Source: Macrostomum lignano
Lineage: Eukaryota
NCBI GenBank assembly: GCA_002269645.1
Contig: NIVC01000730.1
Span: forward strand, 186,001 to 250,000
DNA: 64,000 nt
Direction: 5' to 3'
Under the pieces are notes generated by a model, which saw only the letters and a list, made by a program, of their open reading frames with translations, did no database searches and had not been told where the DNA came from. The position numbers and the translations under genes were made by a program. Positions 36,353 through 46,978 of this stretch are shown one piece after another; within the stretch, counting starts at the first letter, position 1, and the number at the start of each line of letters is the position of its first letter.

Positions 36353-36574
36353 TTTACAAAACACTTGCTTAAAATATGTAAATATATAGAAGTTGTTTAG
36401 GCCTAGGTCCAATGAATACAGAGGATATAGCAGTTTTTGGAACTTTGTAGTATTAGGCCTACTAGCTACTTTTGCAATAGGCTAAAGCATTATTCAGTAG
36501 TAGTATATTGTAAATTAATATCCCCATTGATTTTTTATTGTCTAGTATAAATAGATAATTGGATTAACACAATA

Positions 36575-37215
36575 AGTACCTTTGACTAGTGTTCTACCAT
36601 AGCCATAGCTATTGCTACGGGATCCTATAGCAAATATGGTAAAATAGATGCTTATGGCAACTATGGATGTGCCTATGGTAGTTAGCTACTCTTATGGCTA
36701 CAACTACGGAAATATGGTAGTTGCTGTCACTGTCACATTCTATAGTATAGATTCCTGTTACCATAGACATAGTTATTAATTTAAAAAAATGGAAAAATAC
36801 TAGAAACAGGTAGAATAAAACAAAGATACTTTAGTAAGCTGTATTATCAACTTAGAAACTTATAGAATATAGTATATACCTAATAAAGTACAATAAAACA
36901 CTAGCAAACTCTAATTTTTATTAATGTAAAAAAGTTCAGCATTAGTATTTTCAGTAGCGATTAAGTATTTATTGCTTTGTAAAAAGACAAAATGTAATCT
37001 TCCAAAGGCAATTGAGTGTTTCTTTTATTTTCTAAATTAATTTGCAGTTGTTTAAGCACTAGGTTATCTTCTTGATTCAAAAAATTTTGTTTTATAGACT
37101 TTTTAAAACTATGGCTATGACTATGGGAACTATGGTAATATTGGTATCCCTATGGCTATGGATTATGGAGAGTTGGAATAAGCCATAGTTTTGATCATGG
37201 TACATAGACCCTCTT
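36575..37215 (+). pseudogene. Decayed Gly/Tyr-rich ORF relics (two patches)
   Basis: 36590-36750 reads IAIAIATGSYSKYGKIDAYGNYGCAYGS / SYSYGYNYG / KYGSCCHCH across frameshifts, and 37108-37200 reads YGYDYGNYGN / YPYGYG. TATAAATA at 36546. Confidence 0.35.
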
Positions 37216-37386
37216 TACAGTAGAACACTGCCTTTGACTATCTGCTTATTAGGCAAAAAGTCAAGCAATAATAGGCTTTTGGTATCCCATAAGATTGTCA
37301 ATAAGATCTTGCTTGGATTGCACATAGTCTAACTTTAATAGTGCAATTTAACTCTCACTTTGATGGGATCATAGTGGTTTGATAAA

Positions 37387-37649
37387 GATTCTTGAAGATA
37401 AAAATGCTAGTATAAGATCTCAATCACCTATAAGCTTAAGATTAGAAAGCTTAGTCTTTGCTATAAATTATTTTTCTTTAAGTTGTCAGTCACTATCAAT
37501 TATATTGAAAATATCTAGAATATCTAAGCTCTAGTTGATAGTGATTGACAATAGAAAGCAAAAGAATTTATAACAGAGACTGTGCTTTTTTGATCTTTAG
37601 CTTATAATGTCATTGAAATCCTATACTAGCATCTCTATCTTCAAGAATC
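37387..37649. mobile_element. Old palindromic MITE (arms of about 130 bp, about 75-80% identical)
   Basis: GATTCTTGAAGATAAAAATGCTAGTATA... versus ...TATACTAGCATCTCTATCTTCAAGAATC; mismatches are largely transitions. Confidence 0.7.
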
Positions 37650-38199
37650 TGCCAAGTAGATCCTAAAATTTGACAAAAATTATTATTTTATAATCAGCTT
37701 GATTAAGGATCATCTATAAGTGAGTTTATGCTTAAAGGTCATGCTTGAACTTAGGTACCCAATTTTAATAGGATATTTCAAAAGCCATCAAATTTAGATT
37801 CAAGAATTTGGTTTTGAGCCTTCTAGGGTCAAGGATTTGGTAATTGCTTTGTATTCAAATTTTAGATCTGAAGAATTTTCCATGATAATGACAATTCATT
37901 TTCCATGAATAGCTAGAAATATTAAGGTATAATAGAAAATATGTAATACTCAGGGAGTTGAAAAAATTGTCATAGCCTTTTATTATATGGGTGTTTTGAT
38001 CATGATTTTAGCACTATATTACCATTAGATCATAATCAAGTTTTAAACTTTTTAGTGTTCTTTATAAATTGATTTATATTTTTAGAAGTTTTATACCAAT
38101 ATAAGTCTTGTTGCCAGTACCTCCAAGCAAGAAAACCAGTAAAAACAAGACATTTTAACTTGAATCATTTAGATACTATCCATTGCCTGCAAGCATGTG

Positions 38200-39130
38200 C
38201 TAGCATCTTGCCATGCTAGGCTAGGTAGATAGATCTGTTCTAGTCCAGAGCAAATCCACCTAGCCTTAGAGAGAGGGCCTCTTGATAGCTATTGAAGCCC
38301 AAAAGTCATGTCCTAAATTAGTCACATAGGTTAGACAGTGACAAAGTGCTCTTATAGGAAATCCTGAAATAGTTGTGCAACATGCAATCAAGCATTGTCT
38401 ATTTGCGAGCTGATCTCACTTAGTCAGACTAGGTTGAAACGAAAGTATGCCATAGGTTTATGATTCACTACACTAGAAATAGCTCACCATTTGCTAGGCA
38501 TCTACCATCTCTGCGTGAGGCAATTTAATCAACTGAGAATTGCTTGTTGGCTGTGAACGTGACTATCAATAAGGATTTCTACTTTGTAATGGCATTAAGG
38601 TACTGTTTCTGGGGCTCTCCTCTTTTAAACAAAGTCTTGTTCTTAGTCTTAATTCTATTAGCATCCCAATCCTAAGACACCCATGTCTCATCTTGTATAT
38701 GCAAATTATACCTTGTCTCACATCTGTCTTTCCTTATCATTATCTCTGAGGTTGTGAGTTACCCATACTTAGCATACCTATCTTAGCTATAGATCCTCTC
38801 AAAAGATACAAAGTATAGTGCTATGGTCCACTATTTAGCTGCTTAGCTAGATCACAAGATGAGAGGTGAGGATCCTCACAAACTATCTCCTTTACCTTTA
38901 TGGCCAAGCGCTTCCCATATCTTATCAGTGGCATCTTTTATCCAGAATCTAGCAATATATGGTTTTCAGGGATAGAATATCATTGCCCCAAGCAGCTCAA
39001 TCACCAAGCTTTAGGCAAGTAAGCCTGTGAAATTGAAAATGCATCTTATCAGGCTCAATGCTTTAACTGTGCTTTTCTTAGGCTCATTGCATGCCTTATA
39101 GACAAGGGTTTAGAGCTTGATTCCAAGTAA
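38200..39130 (-). mobile_element. Heavily decayed LINE-like (CR1/L2-type) post-RT region
   Basis: One minus frame gives GIKL*TLVYKACNEPKKSTVKALSLIRCIFNFTGLLA*SLVIELLGAMIFYP*KPYIARF...CETRYNLH, weakly resembling the region after the RT core of CR1/L2 elements. Many stops. Confidence 0.3.
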
Positions 39131-39600
39131 GTTTTTCATAGCAAGCCAGTTTGTTTATGGCCATTTTTTATTTAAGTGAAAAAATTATGGATTATTAATT
39201 TTTGTAATTTATAGTTTAAACTGCAAATTTTGTTTAGCAAGAATGTATTAGATAATGCAAAAAAATATGTTTTAAATATAAATTATAACATATCCTTTGC
39301 AATTTTTATCTGTACAATGACTACAAATATTGAGGATCTATCTATAAGGTGGATTAAAAATTTAATGAGAACTAAATAATACATTCTATTAATGTGAAGC
39401 CTTTATGAACCTCCTTGGGCTATTGAGATTTGCTTTTAATAGAAGCTTTATTTGGCTATTGTATATTTATACACAAAATTTGAACCTAAACAGCGTTTTA
39501 TCTATAATTAACTGAAATTGCCATTTCTTTTCAGATTTTATTTATTTTCATTCAATGCAAAGCTATTGCATTGTTGGGATATTGGTCACTATAAAGCAAT

Positions 39601-40001
39601 ATGACAAGCTTGTCTGGTAAAGGCTTGGTCACTCTGACTGATCTTCCATATATGATACAGCTGCAGATACTTGCATACCTGGACCTGCCAGAACTATTAA
39701 ATAAAGTTGCACCTCTCAATAAATATTTTTATCATCTTGCTCATAATAGTAGGTTTTGGCAAAAGCTTGATTTCACTAATTCTCAGTGTCATTTATCATT
39801 ATCCTACTTGAGACAGCTACTTGGATTTGCACCATTGGCTAGCACTTTGATTTTGAGTCGGCAGGCCTGTGATAAAGCTGAATTATCAGATGATGTTGCA
39901 GATATTTTTGGTGAAGTGTTGCACCGATGCCCACAGCTCGTCTATCTGCAACTGGCATATTTAAGACCTAGTAAAGAAGCTCTTGCAGGATTATGCATTG
40001 G
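39601..40001 (+). CDS. F-box/LRR-repeat protein (FBXL family), exon 1 of 3; 453 aa in total
   Basis: F-box motif LTDLPYMIQLQILAYLDLPELLNKVAPLNKYFYHLAHNSRFW. Donor GG|GTAAAG, phase 2. Confidence 0.88.
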
Positions 40002-40576
40002 GTAAAGCTCTTGTTAATTTAAAGTTTGTACATGACGCTTCTACCCATCTTGTTTCATTTATATAATAATTTATTATAATAAATTATCTTTCTTTCTGGC
40101 ATTGTCTATCCTCCTTTAACTAGAAGGTAAAACAGCTTTCTACTTTCAGTTCAGTAGCAAAGAAGAATACATAAGCTATTTTATAAAAATAAAGGCAGCT
40201 GAAATCACTTTGATAAGTTTAGAAACCCAAGCTTGCAGGCGTAAAACAACTTGCTAATTGGTTCAGCAATAATGTACATTAGCCAGTCCACTGAAATGTA
40301 CATGGCAGCTTTGGGCTGGAATTCCAAGAAAGGCACTAAAATTGGGGTGGGCGTGGGCTCCAACGTATTCGTGTGGAAAGGCGCAGTTAGAGGGTTTAAC
40401 CTCGGGGGTAAGAGCCAATTAATGAGCCTTGGCTTTAAAAATACATGCAAATGTTTCTTTTCAACTTACTACTAAACTGAAAGTAGCTTACGCGGAAATG
40501 TGCTGCGTCACCCATCTAGTTATTCTAGTATCTGTGATCCACTCTGAGCACATTCCCACACGCTCTGTTCTGTCAG

Positions 40577-40934
40577 ACACAGGCACATGCAATCCAGTCA
40601 GCCAGTTGGTGGTTACCTGCTTCATCTGGATCTGAGCGGCAGCGACCAGCTCACACCGGAGCTGGTTGAAACGCTAGCCAGATCTTTTCCTCGGCTTCAA
40701 TCGCTCTGTCTGGCCCACTGCAGGCAAGCCTGCGATTCCACTACTGGTCATCTTGGTCGCCTGCTTACTCAGCTGAGCTATATCAATTTAGATGAGAACA
40801 CGACGCCACCCGAGGCGCTTAACCTGTTGTTGACGTCCCGCACAGACACCTTCGAGAGGGTGGTGCTTGATGCTAGCGGTTGCGAGTCGAGGCATCTGGC
40901 TCCGGCTCTGGCTAGCTGCTCGCGCTTGCGAATG
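40577..40934 (+). CDS. F-box/LRR-repeat protein, exon 2
   Basis: Acceptor CTGTCAG| (an alternative in-phase AG at 40582). LRRs LLHLDLSGSDQLT and LQSLCLAHCRQ. Donor ATG|GTGCGC, phase 0. Confidence 0.85.
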
Positions 40935-41142
40935 GTGCGCGCGCTATATACCTGTCTTTGTCGCTGTCCATGATAGTGCCAGGGACTACTCTAGTAGAAG
41001 GAGGCGGGTTTTTACTGATGGGCCATATTTATCAGAAAAGCCTAGTCTAGTCAGTATTTCTGAATATTTGAATTATTGTCTAGTAAATAAATTCTCAAAA
41101 TATCAATGTAAATTTTTATATCCCCGATCATCCCCGAATCAG

Positions 41143-41745
41143 CTTTGCTGCGACTTCGCCGAAGATGTCTCCGACGAACTGCTGGACTCTGGCATCAGCC
41201 AGCTTGGCTGTCTGGAGTCCCTGACTTTGCGCAAAGCCTATCGAATCTCCGATGAGGCATTCAATCGCCTTGGCCAGTTTGGACATTTCCCCAGCCTGAC
41301 TCACCTTGACCTCACCGAGTGTCGCTGCCTCACAGATGAAGGCCTGCATCATCTGGTGTCCAATTTCGGTCATAGGCTAGAGATCCTAGTGCTCAACTGG
41401 TGTTGGAAAATCACCGACAATACTGTTGATCTGCTATTTGACACGTGTCGCCTGATGAGCTCGTTGAGTCTAGTTGGTCTTCATCAGCTCACTGGCAGGC
41501 AGCTGCCGCTCGTTCCGGAGCGCATGCCAGATCTGCGCTTCCTGGACCTGCGCAACTGTAACGCTATCCAGGACCCGCTGTGTCATCAGCTGGTGGCCCA
41601 GCGGCCGTGCCTCTGCATCGTCGACTTCTTCGGCTTCATTGTTGACGGCAGCTGCGATGCTGGCGGAGTCCCCGAGCCTGAGTCTGCCGCTGGGTTCACC
41701 TTCACTGAGCGTTGGACCCGGCCTCTGCGGCTGCTGAGAATGTAG
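41143..41745 (+). CDS. F-box/LRR-repeat protein, exon 3
   Basis: Acceptor GAATCAG|, phase 0. Cys-containing LRRs LTHLDLTECRCLTDEGL, LEILVLNWCWKITD and LRFLDLRNCNAI. The joined CDS is 1362 nt and in frame. Confidence 0.9.
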   Translation, partial: LCCDFAEDVSDELLDSGISQLGCLESLTLRKAYRISDEAFNRLGQFGHFPSLTHLDLTECRCLTDEGLHHLVSNFGHRLEILVLNWCWKITDNTVDLLFDTCRLMSSLSLVGLHQLTGRQLPLVPERMPDLRFLDLRNCNAIQDPLCHQLVAQRPCLCIVDFFGFIVDGSCDAGGVPEPESAAGFTFTERWTRPLRLLRM

Positions 41746-41778
41746 CTTAATTGGTTTTTATGCTCATGTTTAACACCT

Positions 41779-42291
41779 TCCCAGCCTCCCAAATCCTCAG
41801 TTGCTGGGCCACCAGCATCTCAGATCCTCAGTTGCTGGGCCAGCCTCCCAGATCCTCAGTTGCTGGGCCAGCCTCTCAGATCCTCAGTTGCTGGGCCAGC
41901 CTCCCAGATCCTCAGTTGCTGAGCCAGCTTCCCAGATCCTCAGTTGCTGGGCCAGTCTCTCAGATCCTCAGTTACTGAGCCAGCTTCCCAGATCCTCAGT
42001 TGCTGGGCCAGCTTCCCAGATCCTCAGTTGCTGGGCCAGCCTCCCAGATCCTCAGTTGCTGGGCCAGTCTCTCAGATCCTCAGTTGCTGGGCCAGCTTCC
42101 CAGATCCTCAGTTGCTGGGCCAGCCTCCCAGATTCTCAGTTGCTGGGCCAGTCTCTCAGATCCTCAGTTACTGAGCCAGCTTCCCAGATCCTCAGTTGCT
42201 GGGCTGCCAGCCCCCCAGATCCTCAGTTGCTGGGCCAGCCTCCCAGATCCTCAGTTGCTGGGCCAGCCCCCCAGATCCTCAGTTGCTCAGC
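41779..42291. repeat. 28-bp minisatellite (CCCAGATCCTCAGTTGCTGGGCCAGCCT)
   Basis: About 18 units, starting about 35 nt after the FBXL stop codon. Confidence 0.95.
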
Positions 42292-42928
42292 CATGCCTTT
42301 AGGTTCAGAGTCAAACTACATAGTTACTAGGCTTTCTTTTTCGCAAATATTTGTTGCTACTAGCTGTTTGTGTTTTGTTATGTTTCATAATCAACTATAC
42401 CATAAAATTAGTTTGCTTGACAAAAACTAAAACTTTTGATTCTTGTTGCATATATTGTGCAGTTGGTTGAGATAGCAAATCATGTGGATTTGCTCTCAGC
42501 TACATGTTAAAGTTTCAACCCGGAAACCAGTGGTCAACTTTTCTCAAATCAGAAATTTGTCGACCATTGGTTTTGGGGTAGAAAATTGAACATTTCGCTG
42601 ATGTAACTTAATTGCATTTTAATTTAGATTGTCAAAGCTGCACTTAGTAACCTGGCATGCGCCCAACTCTTGTGCTGTAATTATTGTGATGGCTGTTTTT
42701 TAAATAAAGAAACTATTCCTTAAAAATTAAATAAGGATTTGGCATTTCAAACAAGTTGCTGATTCCGGAATCATTTTTGACATTGTAAGTTTTTAAAGAG
42801 TGTTTTTAAATGCTAGGTTTTCGTTCAAACCTATACCGCACTTGTTTATAAAACTGCCTTGCGGTAAAACCGTTTAATTATTTTATTTGTTTGTTTCAGC
42901 CAGCCAGACACAGGGCGACTGCGTCTCA

Positions 42929-43978
42929 ATGATCTCTTCAATTGTTTCAAGTGCTCGTTTGGCAGGACCTCTGACCCAGAGACTCGGTTGGGTGTCTCTT
43001 CTTCCGACGTTGACGAAAACTTCCTCTTTAATTTTGCGTCACTCGTGTCGCTATGCTCAACCAGTAGCTTTGTCGTCAACCCGATCGGTTCAAGTCAGTC
43101 CGAGTGTCAGGTTCTTCTCTTCGAAATCTTCGACTCCAACGCATTCGTCTTCGTCTGATAGCGACAGCGACTCCGATAGCGACTCTTCTTCGTCAGATTC
43201 GGATAGCGAATCGGAGGAGGCTGGTTCGAATCCCGGCCCAACGCATAAGTCCGTGTCGGGATCGTCCACTAAGACTGGACTTAAAGGGGGTCTTGATGGT
43301 GGTGGCATTTTTGCCGCTGCTGCCGCTGGTGTGGCCGCGAAAGCAACAAAAGGATTGACAGAAAGTTCTTCGATTGGTTCAAAGCAGCTAGATTCCGGAA
43401 GTCCTTCCGGTTCCAAGCCGTCTTCCCCAGAAAGTCAGTCTGATTCGAAGCCATTAACCGGAAGTCCACCAGCTTCGAAACTACCAACTACCGGAAGTCC
43501 ACCAGCTTCGCAACCACCAACTACCGGAAGTCCACCAGCTTCGCAACCACCAACTACCGGAAGTTCCGCAAGTCCACCAGCTTCGCAACCACCAACTACC
43601 GGAAGTTCCGCAAGTCCACCAGCTTCGCAACCACCAACTACCGGAAGTTCCGCAAGTCCACCAGCTTCGCAACCACCAACTACCGGAAGTTCCGCAAGTC
43701 CACCAGCTTCAAAACCACCAACAACCGGAAGTACCGGAAGTGCATCGGGTTCAAATACGTCAGCAAGCGGCAGTCTATCCGCTACTTCAGGCGCCTTATC
43801 GGACTCAAGTCGTATCTATTTGGGCAAATTTTCGGCCAGCATTGATTCAGTGGACAAGTCTCTTGACTACAAGAACACTGAGTACTTTGTGTTTGACGAC
43901 TTGTCTTTCTACGACTACGAGATGATGATGGAAACTAAGCGTCTGCCTCAGCCTAAGAGCAAGCTCACCGATTACTGA
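42929..43978 (+). CDS. NDUFV3: NADH dehydrogenase flavoprotein 3 (complex I accessory subunit), long form, 349 aa
   Basis: The C-terminal YKNTEYFVFDDLSFYDYEMMMETKRLPQP matches the NDUFV3 motif. N-terminal Arg/Ser-rich presequence ending RFFSS; Ser/Asp tract and Pro/Ser/Thr repeats between. The ATG at 42929 lies 30 nt after a TTTCAG acceptor. Confidence 0.85.
   Translation: MISSIVSSARLAGPLTQRLGWVSLLPTLTKTSSLILRHSCRYAQPVALSSTRSVQVSPSVRFFSSKSSTPTHSSSSDSDSDSDSDSSSSDSDSESEEAGSNPGPTHKSVSGSSTKTGLKGGLDGGGIFAAAAAGVAAKATKGLTESSSIGSKQLDSGSPSGSKPSSPESQSDSKPLTGSPPASKLPTTGSPPASQPPTTGSPPASQPPTTGSSASPPASQPPTTGSSASPPASQPPTTGSSASPPASQPPTTGSSASPPASKPPTTGSTGSASGSNTSASGSLSATSGALSDSSRIYLGKFSASIDSVDKSLDYKNTEYFVFDDLSFYDYEMMMETKRLPQPKSKLTDY
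43458..43740 (+). repeat. Coding minisatellite in NDUFV3: 33-bp (TGSPPASQPPT) then 42-bp (TGSSASPPASQPPT) units
   Basis: In-frame repeats visible in both DNA and translation. Confidence 0.9.
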
Positions 43979-44527
43979 CTCATCAAACGTTTTGCCGCAC
44001 TCTGTCGACTTATCAATCGTTAGAATCTCTTCAGTATACGAGTAGCTCTGAACTATAATTTTATTTGTATTTTCGATTGACAACCGGAGTTCTCAAGGAC
44101 AGTTCTTCGTCCTTGCCACTGTTTTCGGGTTTTGAGCTGTGCCATCACATTCTATCTTTTTGTAAGAAACGTTTCCAAGTCCTGATATAGCACCAAGATT
44201 AGAAAATCGCCTTTGGTTTCAGTTTACTGAGTTACGGATAAGTATAATTTTATAACCTTTATTTCTCTCAAAGATCATTTTCAACTGTCGTTCATTCTTA
44301 ACAGCCTGTTTTTAAAATACGAGTATAAACTTCTAAATTCTTTGTTACTTAAAAATTTCAACGCACTTTGTTTTGTACCCACTATACTATTTAATAAAAA
44401 TTAACTATGTAAATTCCTTTTTATTCATAGTAGCTTATTAATATTATCAATATAATTGACAGATTTTTAATTTCTTTACAACTTTTTTCACGATTAGTGT
44501 ATTTGCGATACTTTGTAAAAATACATG

Positions 44528-45525
44528 AGGATTAGCGGTGCTCAATCATTAAGGTGCCTGGGATTAGCGGTGCTCAATCATTAAGGTGCCTGGGATTAGC
44601 GGTGCGCAATCATTAAGGTGCCTGGGATTGGCGGTGCGCAATCATTAAGGTGCCTGGGATTGGCGGTGCGCAATCTTTAAGGTGCCTGGGATTGGCGGTG
44701 CGCAATCATTAAGGTGCCTGGGATTGGCGGTGCTCAATCATTAAGGTGCCTGGGATTAGCGGTGCTCAATCATAAGTTCCCTGGGATTAGCGGTGCTCAA
44801 TCATAAGTTCCCTGGGATTAGCGGTGCTCCATCATAAATGTGTCTGAGATTAGCGGTGATCCATCATTAAGGTACCTGGGATTAGCGATGCTTGATCATT
44901 AAGGTACCTGGGAATAGCGGTGCTCCATCATTTAAAGGTACCTGGGATTAGCGGTGCTCCAGCATTAAGGTATCTGGGATTAGCAGTGCTTTTATCATTA
45001 AGGTACCTGGGATTAGCAGTGCTTTTATCATGAAGGTACCTGGGATTAGCAGTGCTTGATCATTAAGGTACCTGGGATTAGCAGTGCTCGATCATTAAGG
45101 TACCTGGGATTAGCAGTGCTTTTATCATTAAGGTACCTGGGATTAGCAGTGCTTTTATCATTAAGGTACCTGGGATTAGCAGTGCTTGATCATTAAGGTA
45201 CCTGGGATTAGCAGTGCTTTTATCATTAAGGTACCTGGGATTAGCAGTGCTTGATCATTAAGGTACCTGGGATTAGCAGTGCTTGATCATTAAGGTACCT
45301 GGGATTAGCAGTGCTTTTATCATTAAGGTACCTGGGATTAGCAGTGCTTGATCATTAAGGTACCTGGGATTAGCGGTGCTCAATCATTTTAAGGTACCTG
45401 GGATTAGTGGTGCTCCATCATTTAAGGGTACCTGGGATTAGCGGTGCTCCATCATTTAAAGGTACCTGGGAATAGCGGTGCTCCATCATTTAAAGGTACC
45501 TGGGATTAGCGGTGCTTGATCATTA
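44528..45525. repeat. 32-bp minisatellite (CATTAAGGTACCTGGGATTAGCAGTGCTTGAT), about 31 units
   Basis: Period 32; variant types are ordered along the array. Confidence 0.95.
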
Positions 45526-45605
45526 ATCCTTTTTAATAGGTATTAATAGGTCCTACATCTGTCAAACATGAATAAATTGGTCACCCTCAGCATCATAATC
45601 ATCAG

Positions 45606-46277
45606 CTGGACCCCAGCGGCTTGCCTGGCACTCAAGTCACAGTGCCAGGCTACCGTAAGGCGCCACCGAATCACCCGGCCGTGTCGCGTCTGAAATCGGC
45701 GCCAACTCTGTATCAACTCCGGGTCGCTCGGCCCGGCCAGCCGGCCTACAATCTGGAGAAACTGTTCGCCGAGTTCGAGTCGCTGCACAGGCAGACTCGC
45801 CGGCATTCGCTGTCATTGAATCCTTCTGTTCCGCAGCCAAGACTGCCTAGCAGACTGTCTGGACCCGATACTAAACGTCACGAGTTCGAGTCTTATCTAG
45901 CTGGCATGCTTGAATTGGCTTCTCAACCGGGTCAGTCCGCGTGCGCTCACGCTTTAGCCGCTTTCCTGTCGCCGCCAGTTGCCATCCATTCGGAGTCTTC
46001 ACCGAAGCAAAAGCTTCCAACCCGGGCAGCCGCCGTCCTCATTGACTTGGAGCCGGACAATGCTCCGCAGTCTCAGTTGGACTCTTCAAAATCTGCCTCG
46101 AATTCTTTTTCATCTTTTCCGGCACAGAATCGACAGGAGTTGGTCAGTCAGCACGCTCCGGTTGTGATGCTGAGCGAGGTAGAGGCTCTGCCTCGGTCGG
46201 AACTGGACCCGCTGACCAGCGTCATTATCGATACAGTCTATATGAGCGCTTCCGGCTCTTTGCTTGATTTTGACTGA
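45606..46277 (+). CDS. Terminal exon encoding a PX (phox homology)-like domain and a low-complexity tail
   Basis: QVTVPGYRK...TLYQLRVARPGQPAYNLEKLFAEFESLH...PRLP...KRHEFESYLAGML...ALAAFL follows the PX pattern. Candidate acceptors at 45590 and 45605; in-frame stop at 45573 and no ATG before the domain. Confidence 0.6.
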   Translation: MDPSGLPGTQVTVPGYRKAPPNHPAVSRLKSAPTLYQLRVARPGQPAYNLEKLFAEFESLHRQTRRHSLSLNPSVPQPRLPSRLSGPDTKRHEFESYLAGMLELASQPGQSACAHALAAFLSPPVAIHSESSPKQKLPTRAAAVLIDLEPDNAPQSQLDSSKSASNSFSSFPAQNRQELVSQHAPVVMLSEVEALPRSELDPLTSVIIDTVYMSASGSLLDFD

Positions 46278-46399
46278 GCTTGTCTTTTTATTCGGCATTG
46301 AAGAGTAGGTTGGGATTCACCCTGAAGATGAGCAAAAGTGATAACAAAAAGTGCCGATAAATTAAATAGAAAATTGGCTCACTGATATTTTGAGGGGGA

Positions 46400-46978
46400 C
46401 CCCAGATCATCAGTTGCTGGGCTGTCAGCCTCCCAGATCCTCAGTTGCTGGGCCAGCCTCCCAGATCCTCAGTTGCTGGGCCAGCCTCCCAGATCCTCAG
46501 TTGCTGGGCTGCCAGCCTCCCAGATCCTCAGTTGCTGGGCTGCCAGCCTCCCAGATCCTCAGTTGCTGGGCTGCCAGCCTCCCAGATCCTCAGTTGCTGG
46601 GCTGCCAGCCTCCCAGATCCTCAGTTACTGGGCCAGCCTCCCAGATCCTCAGTTGCTGGGCCACAGCCTCCCAGATCCTCAGTTACTGGGCCACAGCCTC
46701 CCAGATCCTCAGTTACTGGGCCACAGCCTCCCAGATCCTCAGTTACTGGGCCACAGCCTCCCAGATCCTCAGTTACTGGGCCACAGCCTCCCAGATCCTC
46801 AGTTACTGGGCCACAGCCTCCCAGATCCTCAGTTGCTGGGCTAGCCTCCCAGATCCTCAGTTGCTAGGCTGCCAGCCTCCCAGATCCTCAGTTGCTGGGC
46901 CAGCCTCCCAGATCCTCAATTGCTGGGCTGCCAGTCTCCCAGATCCTCCGTTGCTGGGCTGCCAGCCTCCCAGATCCT
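46400..46978. repeat. 28-29-bp minisatellite, same family as 41779-42291
   Basis: CCCAGATCCTCAGTT(G/A)CTGGGC core, same orientation. Confidence 0.95.

Noticed and set aside
45568-45693. Short ATG ORF resembling a signal peptide (MNKLVTLSIIIISW...)
   Set aside because: Out of frame with the PX exon and only 41 codons; could matter only as a uORF.
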